From NCBI RefSeq assembly GCF_009834535.1, contig NC_045697.1, positions 105,712,001 through 105,776,000 of the forward strand: a DNA stretch of 64,000 nucleotides, written 5' to 3'. The notes below the pieces were generated by a model that worked only from the letters and a program-made list of their open reading frames with translations, was not told where the DNA came from and did not search any database. Shown here piece after piece: positions 49,790 through 63,379 of the stretch. Every line of letters begins with the position of its first letter. Positions within the stretch are counted from its first letter, which is position 1. The translations under genes were made by a program, and so were the position numbers. The DNA comes from Camelus ferus. Lineage: Eukaryota.

Positions 49790-49950
49790 ATAGAATTAAA
49801 CTCTTACAAATTTAACATGCAGACAAGACATTATTAAATGTGCAGAGTCTGATTTAGTAGGTCTGGTGTAGAGCCTGAGATTCGGTGTTTCTAACAAGCA
49901 CCCTGATGGTGTTCACACTGTTGATCCACAAACCTCAGTTTAGGTAGCAA
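49790..49950. mobile_element. MER5-like MITE
   Basis: tctgatttagtaggtctgg..gcctgagattc..tttctaacaagcaccc..tttaggtagcaa. Confidence 0.7.
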
Positions 49951-51469
49951 AGGTCCAGGTACATCCCAGGCCACCTTGTCAATCATCCACTATTGCCCCT
50001 CCTCCATCTCTTCTGCCCATCCAATTAGAATAAGCAGAGTTGGTTTTTCGTTTAGTTTTGTTTATGTATGTATTCCATTTCCTGGCCATGTTTGAAATAC
50101 AAACAGATCCAAGAAAACCCTATTGCCAATTTGGAAATTTTTAGCTGTTTATCTCCAAAAATTATTTTCTAAAGGAAAAAAAAAAAAGCCAACAGAAACA
50201 AACTCACAACTTTGTGTCAGTTTTCAATGATGACCTCCTTTTATGAGACTTGCCTTCTTTGCAAATTCAATCTTTTTTTTTTTCCTTTGGCCATCTTGTA
50301 GGTTGATTTCCTAACTACAAAGAAAGTGAAAAGCCCTTATGGAAAAAAAAAAACCATTCTTATGACTCTGAAAACTATTAAAGTAACATTGGCATGTGAT
50401 TATGGCCAGTCATCCATAGGCTGAGCATTTATAATAACAAGAACTCTTCCTTCCCAACTTCTTTTCAACAGTGAGCTATCTGTGAGTCCTATTTTATCAG
50501 TGAGAATGATGCGGACGTGAACTGGGACTTCATGGATTTGTTACGTTGTCAGTAGTCACACTAAAAGCCTATCTGGTAACCTGTGGGGCTTTCTCCGCAA
50601 CCACCCCCGCAACAACAGCCCTGAATTCTAAAACACAAAGATATTCAGAAATGTCATAAACTTCGTTATTTTAAGAGCTGTTTCTTGAGAAAACTGTGGG
50701 CCAAGCATTCTAGAATATATTATCACTTAGACACAGATTTTCATTGACAACATTCTGTGGGCATCCACTTAATATTAAGCCAAGGAAATAATGGTCCTTG
50801 TTTCTTTCCCTTAAAATGACAGGAATAGTGGGTACTTGTTCCTTCTGAAAAACAGGAAATGTCTAAGCCAGCAGTGTTCACACTGGTGTCATTACTTGTA
50901 TCACTTCAGTTATCGATTGAACCTTGCCAAATTCTCCATGATGCATCTGTCTACCGAGGAGGGAGAGGCTTGTGTGAGAGATTGACTCGTAAAGGTTACC
51001 TCAGGATCAAATGATACACAGCTCCCTGCCTTTTAAAAACCTTTGACAGGCTGGCAACCCAGAGAGTCACCCAGGCACAGAAAATGGGGCTTCTGGCTAT
51101 GATTTTCAGAAATTAGGAATGTACTGTTTTAATCTCATTGGTACAGAATGTGGACTTGATTCTTCAGAAGGGATGCCCAAACCAAATAACACTCATCAGT
51201 ACTGTCTTCTGTCAACTTGAAGCAATGGAAGTCTGAGTATTTTCCGGGATTAGAATGCAGGAGTCCCTAGGAGTTGCCCAGATCCTTGAATTTCTTGACT
51301 ATCTGGTCATTTACAGGGTGGAAGGGGACAGGGGACAGCACAGCCAGGATCTGAGGTCCTGGATGAATTTCTCCACGGATCTCAGGGAGTCTTCTTGTTG
51401 GTCCTTTTGCTAGCATTTGAATGGGTTGTATTTTATTTTGTCCTTTCTGTTGCATCTAGACTGATAATA

Positions 51470-52035
51470 CGTGCCCTCCCCCCGCCCCCAGCCAGTCGTT
51501 CCCTGGGGTCTGCACCTTTATAAACCCAAGAAGAGGAACCATGGAGGCCTCAGCTTGTTTTACTGATTTGGAGACTGCTACTGAGAGTCCTAGGATCAGT
51601 CACGCACTGGCTTCTTCCCTTTCACCTCTTCCTTGCCAATGTTTATTGTCCCAAATTTGCCTTTTTCCTTTTCTTGCCCTGCTCTGGGCGATTCATGCCA
51701 TGTGCATCTGATCTCTCTCTTCACCCCTTTCAGGGAAGAAATTAAGCTTGCATTTTAGGATTTTACCAGCAATACATTTTGAGGTGGCTGAAGGGAGTCC
51801 CCAGACTCATGTGGGTACCTCTAGGCTCACCTTTCCTGTGTCTGCCTTTACCTGCAATGCGGTGTAAAGCCTAGGGCTTTGCGCGCCCTTTGGCAGGTTG
51901 GCTATTGCTTTCCTGGTCTTGGTGGAAGCTCGAGCACCTCTGCAGCCCACGTGGCTATGTGCCCGCCCAGTATATTTCTTTCTGGGTTCCTCTTCCCCAT
52001 GCTGTTTGCATGAGTTGTGCAAGTGAGGGTAAGCA
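51470..52035 (+). promoter_or_regulatory. Promoter-like block
   Basis: GC box at 51480-51488 with TATAAA at 51519-51524; E-box CACGTG at 51948-51953; GC box at 51961-51968 with TATATTT at 51971; donor AGG|GTAAGC at 52028/52029. Confidence 0.35.
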
Positions 52036-53759
52036 AAGATCCTCACACCGTAGGTGGTGTCTGTGTGAGAGAGAAGAGTATCTATTGAAAAGGTCAAAAT
52101 AGGGATGATAAAGCTCAGATGAGGATAAACTAGAAATCCAGCCACAGGACAACACTGTGATACTTTGATGATTGGATTGTCTCCAAGATCCTTGTCTCTC
52201 TCTCTCTCTCTCTCTGGAAAACTACCTTACATTGGACACTCCTTTCTTTAGACCAACAGCTAGACAGCCAGCAGGTGACAGAAACCCTCCTTGAACAAAA
52301 AGGTATTTCATCTCCCATGGATCAGAGATGAGTTTTATTTATTCATTTTGCTGCAAGAAGACTCAGCAGCAAGAATGAAGTTTCTCAGATGCAGTTCTAA
52401 ACTCCCACTGAAGGAGATGTCCTTAGGTTTCCCTCAATCCTTCTCTTTCCCTTATGCCCAAAACTAATACAGAAAATCAAGGCGGTAAAAAAGCATATGG
52501 TCAAAATAAAAGGAAGTCCAGATAAAGCCCTCTTCCTAGCTAAAAGAAATCAGAGTTGTTGCTGTGTCTCCCATCACAAGCTGCCCTTGCCTTTCAAGAA
52601 TCAATGACTACTGCTGGAGTCAGCTGTAGCTTCCAGAATTCTCTCTGAGAGCCGTTGTACTAACCTTCAAGGGGACTCTCTCTCCTGCAAATCAGTGACT
52701 CCTTCCTGGACTCTGGTCTCACTTCAGGGGAGAGGCTGTTCCCTTCTCCTTGAGAAGAAGTGCAGCCAGCCTTGGTGCCCATCCAGAATGTCCTTTTACA
52801 TTAGAAATGACATTTCTTCAGTGCTCAATCAATGGACTGTCCAAACTAGATAATGGCTAAAAGAGAGGCACAGTGAATGGAGTAGTCCCTCTCTGGTTAT
52901 TCATTTTCCTCTAATTAAAAAAAAAAAAAATCTGCAGTCTTTCAGATGGGTCCAGGAACTCCCTGAGGGGGAACAGATATGGAGCTGCTCCATTTTAACT
53001 TCGGGTATTGGAACCATGCAAGGCGTGCTCTTGATCTACACTCCACGCTCCAGCCTCATGTTTCTCCTCCATGACTGACAGTCCCTACCCTGTACCGAGG
53101 GACCATCTGTCTCCACAGCTCGCCCACACAAGGATGGAGTCGTGGTTGATGCGGCAGCCAGGACTGCAGCAACAGGCACAGATGCCAGACGACACAGGTG
53201 GTTGGGAGCATTGAGTGTCACCAAGGAGACTCGGAGAAGACCAGCACATTCATTATCAGGGTGGGATATATCCGGAGGCATCATGATATCAGTCTAAAAA
53301 AGTCTGAGCCAAGTGACGGACACTGACTCCCAAAATGTGTCCATCACATCCAGAGATGTTAACAAATGTAATATCAGTTACCATTCACTAAAAATTCACT
53401 GTAAGTTTTCTCTGTACACCACTAGACTTCAGTGCTTCTTCTGACTTGTGGAGCTAAAATAGGATGAAATATGTCTTCTGGTGGCCAATGTCTCTACCTC
53501 TAGAGTTCATGGTATAATCAGAAAAAAGTACAGGAATTTTTCCAAATATTTTCTCTCAAGATGACCCATTGGATGACTATTCAGATACCAAGAAACCATT
53601 TCCCAGGTGCTGAAGTATTGTTGGCTATACTGAACTATCTCAAGAAGTTGAATGGATTTAGTGCTTCTTGTTTCAAAGAATGAGGAGAGTAACATCTTCT
53701 AGTGGTCTAGGAGAGGTTAAGCAACTTATGACCTTAATGAGATCATACAACAATAACAT

Positions 53760-54965
53760 GACTCTCGATCTTCCTTTTCTAATGATTACTCAAACTTTGA
53801 TGAGAAAACAGCATAATTCTTATCCGTCGTTTTCTTCTTCAATCTTATATACAATACATCCCTAATAGAGTCCTGTTGATTCTTTTGAATCTGTCTCTTT
53901 CTCTTCATTCCCATTGGGTAATTGTGGTTCCTAGCATTACCGTACCTGCCATGAACACTTTAATGAAATTTTAACATGTATATCTGTCTGCAGTCTATCT
54001 CTAATCTCTTTGAATAATCCAGGAGAGTTGTTCTAAAACATAAATCTAATTACTTCACTTCACTCTTTCCTGTTTTTATTTTTCTCCCTAGCACTTACCA
54101 CCTTTAAATTTACTATATTTACTTTATTTTACATTTACTAAATTTACTTTCTTTCTTACTTACTTTGCTTATTGTCTGCCTTTTCCCATTTGACTATAAG
54201 CCCCATGAATTCAGGAGTTCTTGTCTGTTTCTTCATGACTGTTAAATGCTGAGTCTAGAAAAGGCCTGGCATATACTAGGTGCTCAGTAAATAAATTTGA
54301 ATGTTTGAAATCCTCCGCTTAAAAATCTACCTTGCCTTTCTGTGTCTTCCAGAACGAAGTACAAACACTTTGATGTTGGATTTAAGAGAATTTACTTGCT
54401 GATCTCAACCTGAATTTCGACCTCATTTCCTTACATCTTCCTCTGCACAGACCTTTTGTCCAGGTAACCTAAATATCTTGTCATTCCTTAAGCTTGCTGT
54501 GTTTTTATCCATGCATCTCTGCATTTGCAAATGTGGTTCTTCTTATCAGGAGAACCATTCTCAAGGCTGCCTAGAACCCAGCAGATGCTGATAATTGTCT
54601 CTTCAGTTATCAGCATCCTGTCAAACACTTCATCCATTTATCCATTCTTTACCTGATCAACCTCTATACATTCTTGGAGACTCAGGTGAAATTTTGTCAC
54701 TCCTATGAAGTCTTCCTAGACTCCCTGAGTTAGGGCTGGGGGTTGGTCACATTTTCTCAGTGCTTTCATAAGACTTTATATATAACTCTATTTTGCTTCC
54801 TATCAGGCTGAGTTGTAATTTGTCTTGTATGCTTCCCTTGTCCTCCTCTGGACTATGCGATACTCCAGAGTAAGGAATGAGTCATTTATCAACTTGTCCC
54901 CAGTATATTTTACAGTGCCTGGCACATAATAAGCACTCAATACATGAATAATGAATAAATGAATA
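53760..54965 (+). mobile_element. Cluster of L2 3' fragments
   Basis: gactataagccccatga..gcctggcatatactaggtgctcagtaaata; acagtgcctggcacataataagcactcaatacat..gaataaatgaat. Confidence 0.7.
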
Positions 54966-56899
54966 AGCTACTTGGAGTAGATATATGTTTTGGGAAGAAG
55001 GGATCATTGCTCTGGACTGAGGATTCAGCAGATGAACTCTATAACATTCTATCCAGATACCTGAAAAAATCTCAAGGAGTTCCTTTAGCATTTTTATATG
55101 AAAGGTGTATTTCAGTTTTGCTAAAAATAATAATTTACCTTATGTGACATTCTTAAAATAGCAACCAGATAACAGAAAAATCTCAGAGCTATAGACCAAG
55201 TAATATAACAGTGAATCACATATACTGATTAAAAGAAAAATGTTTAGGGCTCCTCAGGTCTCAATTATTGGTACATAATTCTCTAGGGAGCCCATGAGAA
55301 TGATGAATGACTAAGTAGGACCACATTTGGTTTCTAGAGCAGAAAAGTTAACCATTTACAAACAAAAGAAATAATACAAATATTATGATTATCCTCATTT
55401 TTTAAAAAATTGTGAGTGTGCCTCAAAGTGACTTATTTAAGTTTAAATATAATTGGTTTTTAAAGTAGATACTCTTGTGTTTCCCAAATGACAGAAAAGA
55501 AGAGCTGGTCAGCCATTTTCTTTCCCCATCTCTCATTCATGCCTCAAGCCTATGGCTTTTGTTTTATGTTTTTTTTTTTTTTTTTGGTTTTTCCTGAACT
55601 GAAGCTGCCCACAGAGAAAACAAAATAGGATGTTTGAAGGACATTGTGAATGGGCAGGTTAACGGGGCTTTTCCCAAGAAAGGGGGCTTCTTAAATGAAC
55701 TGACAATTTTCTTTGTTGATACAAATGAAAAACTAGCAAAAAATTCTCCTCTAAGCTTCACTTTTAGTGCTTTATAAGGATGGAGACTGGCTTTGACATA
55801 TTTCTGTGTGCCTATCTTAATCCTCCAGGACTGAGAATTCCAAGCAAACTGCTGAACCTGCCGTGTTTGCCTATTTATCTGTCTTCCATCTGCACATAAT
55901 AGAGACCTCACATTGTTCATTTGGGAGTCCCTGTGATTGTCCAAATGTCTATTACAAAATAGGGTGTCTTAGTCCTCTGGGGTAACTGGCCATGGTACCA
56001 ACAGACACAGATGGTGAATGAATACATTAATATGCTCTGTTCATGGTGGAAATTGCACAGAAATAATATGTTAACTTGAGAAGGATTGCTTCCCATCTTT
56101 GTTACAGAGTGTTTGAGACCATGTCTGCATGTACAAAATGAAGTAGAGATTTAAGGCAATCATCTAGGTAATATTTGGGGGAAAAATAATAGCTACCTGT
56201 TAGTAAAGGATCTGTGATTAATTTTAATCTGAACATCCTTAACCGGCAGACTTTCCTGATGGATTTCACCATATTTATCCTTTAATTTATCCTATCATGT
56301 TTCCTGTGTAGTAAGAATCATAGTATCCTTGGGTGCTTGAAATGCAAAGCTGTGTTTCCTGGCCCTTAAGGAGAAAGGAGAAAAGAATGGCAATGTTTTC
56401 ATTGTAACTCAATTATTATTTATAGGTCATAAAATAAAGAACTTAAGTTTTATTTATAAAATGGTAAGCACAGTGTCCTAACACCTTATAGAAACAGGAC
56501 TGTGATGAAAGCAGTTTGTAACTTTACAGATAATACTGTTGGAAATATTTGTAGATGGAACAGGGAATGATGATGGGGGTAATTACATGATCTGGATTTA
56601 CATGAAATCTTTCAGCAGGAGAGGAATCCTTGGCTTTTATTAAATCACATGCTGACACTCTAGAGGTCCTTTTGACAGGTTACACAAGAGCTATATATAC
56701 ATATATGGTAAGGCAAGGCTCTCTGCTCATTATTCCTTCAAGTTAGTACCTGAGTGTTGGCTGATCTTTTGCATGAAGGCAATGCACATGAGGGACAGTC
56801 TGCTTTCCTTCTGCCTTAGACTCTTTTAACCCCACCTTCTTCTTGCTTTTTCCTATTTTGCTGTCCCTTCTGCTGATGTCCGGTGTATTTTTTTTTTTT

Positions 56900-57267
56900 T
56901 TTTGGTCTTTAAAAATTTTTTATGTTATCAAATTTCCCTTGAACATTGTAAGAGTCATCCAGGTTCCCTGCAATGAATAAAACAATGTAAGTATACATGA
57001 AGAAAAATAATGAAGCATCTTCTCCTACCCACTCACTCTGCACCCCAGTTCTTGATGGCTATATTCTATCAGCTTCTAGTAAGTGGTGATGTTAACAGCC
57101 TGTGTGCATCTTTGCCTGTCTTCTCTTCATGCTGCATCACATCTAAATGTATAGCAAAGTGTTTATGCACATGTACATTTTTGGCTGTCTTGACTTTTAT
57201 GAAACTTGGATTATACTAAACACATCATTGCTGCAATCTACTTTTGTTGCTCTGAAAAATCACTATG
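56900..57267 (-). mobile_element. Old L1ME-like 3' fragment, left half (continues at 61074)
   Basis: Antisense L1ME-type sequence that appears to continue after 61084 across a candidate TSD. Confidence 0.5.
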
Positions 57268-59645
57268 GATTCAGTAAGCAGCCAGGATGGAGGCATAGAA
57301 GGTTCCTGAACTCACCTCCTCTGATGAATGCACCAAAATCTACAGCTACATATGGAACAATTACCATTCAGAAAGGACTGGTAACTGGCTGAACAGCCCC
57401 TCCACAATAAGTGAGAAAGGGGCCACATCGAGACAGGTAGGAAAGACAGAGAAGTGATCTTGCCAAAACCCCCAACCCTAATACATTGACTTACAGTGGG
57501 GGGGAGGGTCTCACACATATAGAGCTACTCCCTGAGGAATGAGGGATTTGTGCCCCACATTGAGCACCCTAATCTTTGGGACCTGTGCAGGAGAAATAAT
57601 CTCCAAAATATCTGGCTTTGGAGACCAACAAGGCTAATGTCCAGGGACCCCAAGGGGTACATACAAACACAGCCTTGCTAGGCAATGGCTATGCACCTGC
57701 CCTGCCCTCAGTGCTCTTCCCCTTCATCACTAAAACAACAGCCTGCTCCAACCTTAGCATGCTCTCGCAGCCTCACTAAAGCTGTTCTGCCTAATGGTAC
57801 ATAGACACAAACATGGAAAGCCAAGCAAAATGAGAAAACAGAAGAATATACTCCAAACAAAAACAAGACAAAGCCTTAGAAAAAAAGATCTTAATGAATG
57901 GAGATAAGTAACCTACCTGATAAAGAGTTCAAAGTAATGGTCATATAAATTATCGTAGAACTCAGGAGAAGAATGTATGAACACATTGAGAACTTCAACA
58001 AAGAGACAGAAAATATAAGAAAGTAACAAACAGAAATCACAGAGCTGAGGAATACAGTAACCAAACTAAAATACACACTAGAGGGGTTCAACAGCAGATT
58101 AGATAAAACAGAAAATTGAATCAGCAACCTGGAGACAGGGCAGTGAAAATCACCCAAACAGAGCAGAAAAGAGAAATTAAAGAAATGGAGATGGCCTAAG
58201 GGACTTAAGGTACAGCATCAAGCAGAATAATCTTTGCATTGTAAGGGTCCCAGAATGAGAAGAAAGAGATAGATATGGGCAGAACACTTAACTGAAGAAA
58301 TAATGGCTGAAAACTTCCCTAACTGGGGAAGGAAATAGACATTCAATTAAAAGATATAGAGTGGCTGGATGGTTAAAAAAAAAAAAAACAAGACTCATTT
58401 ATACGTTGCCTACAGGAGACCCAGTTCACATGTAAGGACACACACACAGACTGAAAGTGAAGGGATGGCAAAGATATTCCATGCAAATAGAAACAACAAA
58501 AAAAGCTGATATAGCTATTCTTATAGTCAGGCAAAATAGACTTTAAAGCAAAGATTGTAATAAAAGACAAAGAAGGACATTACATAGTGAGAAAGGAATC
58601 AATACAGAGGATATAACATTTGTAAACATTTACATGCCCAACATAGAGTACCTAAATATATAAAGGAAATATTAACAAATTTAAAGGGAGAAATTGACAG
58701 CAATACAGTAACAGTAGGCGACTTTAATATCCCATTTATGTTAATGGATAGATCACCCAGAAAGAACATCAATACAGAAAAATTGGCTTTAAATGACACA
58801 GTAGACCAGGTAGACTTAACAAATACATATTGAACATTCCATCCAAAAGTGGCATAATATACATTCTTCTCAAGTGCACATGAAACATTCCTAGGATAGA
58901 TCACGTTAGTCCACAAACAGATCTCAATAAATTTAAAAAGATTTAAATCCTATCAAGCATCTTTTTTAACCACAAAAATAGGAAACTGGAAATGAGTTAC
59001 AAGAATAAAACTATAAAAATGACAAATATGTGGGGATTAAACAACGTGCTACTGAACAACCAATGGGTCAAGGAAGAAATCACAGGGAAATTTAAAAATA
59101 CCTAGAGACAAATGAAAATGGAACTACAGCATTCCCAAATCTATGCTATGCCACAAAAGTAGTTCTAAGAGGGAAGTTCATAGTGATATAGGCCTACCTT
59201 AAGAAACAGGGAAATCTCAGATAAGCAATCTAACTTCATGCCTAAAGGAATTAGAACAAAGCCCGAAGTTAGAAGGAAGGAAATAATAAAGGTCAGAGAG
59301 GAAATAAAGAGTAAAAACACAATAGAAAAGATCAATGAAATTAAGAGCTTGTTAAAGTAAAGGTAAACAAAACTGACAAACCTTTGCTTGACTCATCACA
59401 AGAAAAAAGGTAGAGGCCCAAATATATAAAATCAGAATTGAAAGAGGAGAAGTTACAACTGGTACCATATAAATGTAAAAGATCAAAGAGATTGCTATGA
59501 ACAATACATCAACAAACTGGGCAACCTAGAAGAAATGGATAAATTCCTAGAAACATGCAATCTTCCAACACTGAATTATGTGGATATAGAAAATCTGAAT
59601 GACCAAGTACTAGTAAAGAGATCAAATCAGTGATAAAAACAAATG

Positions 59646-59689
<44 letters not shown>

Positions 59690-59762
59690 AACTTCCCAAA
59701 AGACAAAAGCCTAGGACCAGAGAGTTTCACTGGTGAGTTCTAAGAAAGATTCAAAGAAGATT
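57268..59762 (+). mobile_element. L1 5' UTR, partial ORF1 and ORF2 endonuclease/linker (dead, with stops and frameshifts)
   Basis: ORF1 start at 57830 (atgagaaaacagaagaat); from 58344 endonuclease motifs IKRYRVAGWLK, LQETQF, gtaggcgactttaatatccca (VGDFNIP), acattcttctcaagtgcacat (TFFSSAH). Confidence 0.92.
59646..59687. repeat. (AAC)14 microsatellite
   Basis: Direct reading; explains the poly-Cys ORF at 59509-59730. Confidence 0.97.
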
Positions 59763-59767
59763 TCATG

Positions 59768-59945
59768 CAGTCATCCCTCAGTATCTGCAGAGAATTTGTT
59801 CCAGGACCCTCCGTGGATACCAAAATCAACCAACACACAAATCCCTTATATAAAATGCTGCAGTACAGTGAGCCAATCACATTTGTGGGATCCATATTTG
59901 CAGATTAAACCAACTATGCATTGAATTTGATCCATGGTTGGTTGT
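59768..59945. mobile_element. MER2/MER2B-like Tigger MITE fragment
   Basis: cagtcatccctcagtatctg..gttccaggaccctccgtggataccaaaatc..tcccttatataaaatg. Confidence 0.8.
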
Positions 59946-61073
59946 GATCTTGAGTTGGGCAAAGTTGTCATAGACATGCTATTGAAAGCATGATCCAAGA
60001 AACAATTGATAAATTAGACTTTACTAAAATTAAATTTTTTTACTCTTCAAAAGCCATTGCTAAGAGAGTGAAAAGACAAGCCACAGACTGGGAAAAATAT
60101 TTGCAAAGTATATAACTGATAAAGGACTTGAATTGAAATCTATAAAAAATAAAGAGCAAAAAAAAAAAAAAAAAACCCAAATAACCCAACTTTTAAAAAA
60201 GTGAGCAAAAGACTTAAATATATAGTTCACCAAGGAAGATATTTAGATATCAGATAAACACATGGAAAGATGCTCAACATAATTATAATTTCAATTATAA
60301 AATTGAAAATAAAACATCAGTTAGATACCACTACATAGCTATTAGTGTGGCTAGAACTTTAAATCATATGAAGTGTTGGGAAGGACTTAGTAGAACTCTA
60401 ACTCTCATACACTGCTGATGGGAATGTAAAATGCTATAACTACTTTGGAAGACAGTTTGGCAGTTTCTTATCAAGTTAAACATACACTTACATATGATCC
60501 AGCCATTCCACCCCAGGATTTATTCAAGAGAAAGCATGTGTCCCCAGGAAGACTGGTACACACATTTTCATGTTTATTTGTAATAGCCAAACACTAGAAA
60601 CAATGCAGATGTTCACCAATGGGTGAATAGATAAACAAGGTTGGTGTATCCATACAGTGGAATACTACGCATCACTAAAAGGGGAATGAACCATTGATAC
60701 ATGAAACAACACGGATGAATCTCAAAACAATTATGCTTAGTGAAAGAAATTAGAAACTAAAAAGAGTGCATAATTCTTCCATTTATGCAACCCTCTAGAA
60801 AATGTAAGCAAATTTATAGCGACAGAAAGCAGATGGTGGTTGCCTGCAGATGGGGAGAAGGGAGGTGGAGAGGAAATTGTGGGTACTTTCCCCAGGGAGA
60901 GATTGCAAAGAGGCATGAGAAAACTTGGGGCTTAGGAAAAATACGTTCGTTATCTTGATTGTATTGATGGAGTCACAATTTGTGTGTGTGTGTGTGTATC
61001 AAAACTTTTCAAATTGTAATCTTTAAATATATATAAGTTATTCTATATCAGTTGTATATCAATAAAGCTTTAC
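59946..61073 (+). mobile_element. L1 ORF2 C-terminal region plus 3' UTR (L1MC/MD-like)
   Basis: gaaaagacaagccacagactggga..actgctgatgggaatgtaaaatg..ggatgaatctcaaaacaattatgct..tcaataaagct. Confidence 0.88.
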
Positions 61074-61680
61074 AAATCATTATGACAGTTTTCAAGGCCA
61101 ATAATGTATTCTTTTAGTGGTTCCATGTCATCCTACCATCATATACAATTGTTCAACTTATTATGTCCTTTCAGCCTATATATAGTTTAATAACTGCTAG
61201 AAAGTTATGCTGTGGTTAACACACTTGTTCACATATATTTATTATTTAGATAGGTATTATTTAATGGGTATTATTATTTCTGTGTTATATATATACTTAT
61301 TTTATATCAATAGTATATATTTACATATGCACTAGAAAAAAATGACATAGGTCATTTATATTTTTACTTCTGACATATTTTACATGTTTTTTTTTTTTGC
61401 TTTTAATACATATTATCAGAAAAGTTTCCAAAATGATTTATAGAAATTCACAATCCCACCAAAATGAGAGTGACTTTTCCCCCTCATCCTTCATCAGCAT
61501 TGAATTTAATCACTCTTTTATTATTTCATCAATCTGTAACATTAAACATATCATCTTGTTTTATTTTAGATTGTATTTCTCTGTAATTTAGTGAGATTGA
61601 GCATCTTTTCACGCATTTATTGGCCCTTTACCTCTCTTACTTGCTAGTTGTTCGTATGCATTTCATAAAGCAACAGAGCT
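61074..61680 (-). mobile_element. Old L1ME-like fragment, right half
   Basis: caatcccaccaaaatgagagtg..ttagtgagattgagcatcttttcacgcatttattggcc. Confidence 0.6.
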
Positions 61681-63379
61681 GGGTACCTAGGGTCTTAATA
61701 AATACTGGTTGAATGAATAATTAAAACGTCTCCCTAAGCTAGAATTTTCTTTATCAATTTATAGGAACTCTGTCTACTGGTGGTGTTGCACATTTTTCTA
61801 CTATCTGTGTTTTGTTTTTTTTTTTAGTTTCCTATTTGTCTCTTGATACTGTTTATGCCATAAATTTAAGGTCACAAGTGATCTCTTGGTAGAGGATGAG
61901 TAAAAAGCAGATAAAAGCCATAAAACACTCCATAACTCTAGATATGTCTAATAACCATGTTGCTGCCCCATCTCCTCTCACTCACAGCATGTCTTGTACT
62001 GTGTCCCCAGGATAGATGGATGATTCTAGAGCAAGGCCTCTCATGTCACCTGTGGGGCTTATTTAACTAAATCAGAGAGCAAAGCACAGGCAACAGAGCA
62101 GCTGTTTCAGCCCTACCTACAGATTGGAAACAGGAGTGAGACTGACTATTGGTCAAAATGAGGGGAGAGCACATCTTTTAGGATATTTAAAATGAGTAGC
62201 TAAGGAACATAACCATAACAACAATAATAATAAATATATCCTAAAATAAGTGTAATTTCTTTGCATAATGGAATAGTTGATATTTTTTCACTGATAATTT
62301 AATCTCATTTATGTGGTGTTCTGTTCTCAAAAGAACTTGGAAAAGAAGGTAACATCAAATATTGACATTTAAGATGGCTGCTAGTTGAACTGTCTTTAGA
62401 ACTCTGAATCACTTTGAGTTGAGATTTATAAAGCAATAGTGCTGCGCACATAGGCCCTCAATAAGTACTGGTTGAAGGAATAAATCAAAGTACCTCAAAA
62501 AATTTAGAATTTTAGAAATGGGGGGAAACTTTACACAGTCTGATTCTCTCATTTTTAAAACAAAAGACTTGAGGTCAAGGAGAGTGGGTGACTTGCTGGG
62601 GTCAGCTCATGAGTCTAGGGCAGACTCGAGAGAGAGAGACACTCTTTGCTTTAGGAGTCTCTGCCCAGGACCCTTAGTTCGTTCAAGACTTACTAGAATG
62701 TCACCACTTGACTCTGACCAAGCATTGGGCAAATGGTGGAGAGAAGCTTGGCTTCACTGTGTTTAATGGGAAAAACATACCATTGCTTCTGTGATTGATT
62801 CTTTGACAATCAAGGACCTTACTTGTTCCCAGCAACACAACTAAACAGAAGAGGAAAGCTGGGCTGAGGGTGGCCAAGTGACTGGCACAGTCACTCAGGG
62901 GCTGAGTTGGGACTTGACTGTCCACTTGTGATTCAGAGACAGCGTCAGAATAAAGATGTTATCTAAGAAAACTGTGACATCTCTTTTGACATTCTTATTT
63001 TACAGTGTACTCATCATTATTATGTTTTCTGAGTTCCCTAGACTCTGTCATAGATATGACCATGGTTATCAACAATGTTCGCCTCGCATAACATGGCCAA
63101 ATGACTTCCCAGGTATGAGGCTCAGTGGTGACCTCCACCCAGCTTGAACATTAGCCTGAAACTATTTCTGGGCCAATTAAGTTTTTATCCATCTTATGAA
63201 ATATATTGTTCCCTCTTTGCTGGTTCCACTCCTGACATGTCTTGGATGCTTTATCTACCATTCTATCTTCATGAGCAAAGCAGTCACGGGGTTCCTGTGC
63301 CCTATGGCCCTACTCAGAACTCCCCAGAAACTTAGAATCCTATGTGAGGAGAGGCAGCTGTAAGCACATTCTATTTTAA

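Noticed and set aside
51541..51711. 56-aa small ORF with strong Kozak context (accATGG) and hydrophobic C-terminus
   Set aside because: The ATG lies only ~20 bp after the TATA box, upstream of the expected TSS; the hydrophobicity reflects a pyrimidine-rich tract; no homology recognised
59509..59730. Poly-cysteine ORF
   Set aside because: Antisense reading of an (AAC)14 microsatellite inside L1
57830..59762. Active L1 or domesticated ORF
   Set aside because: Many stops and frameshifts; the ORF1 end and the RT domain are deleted
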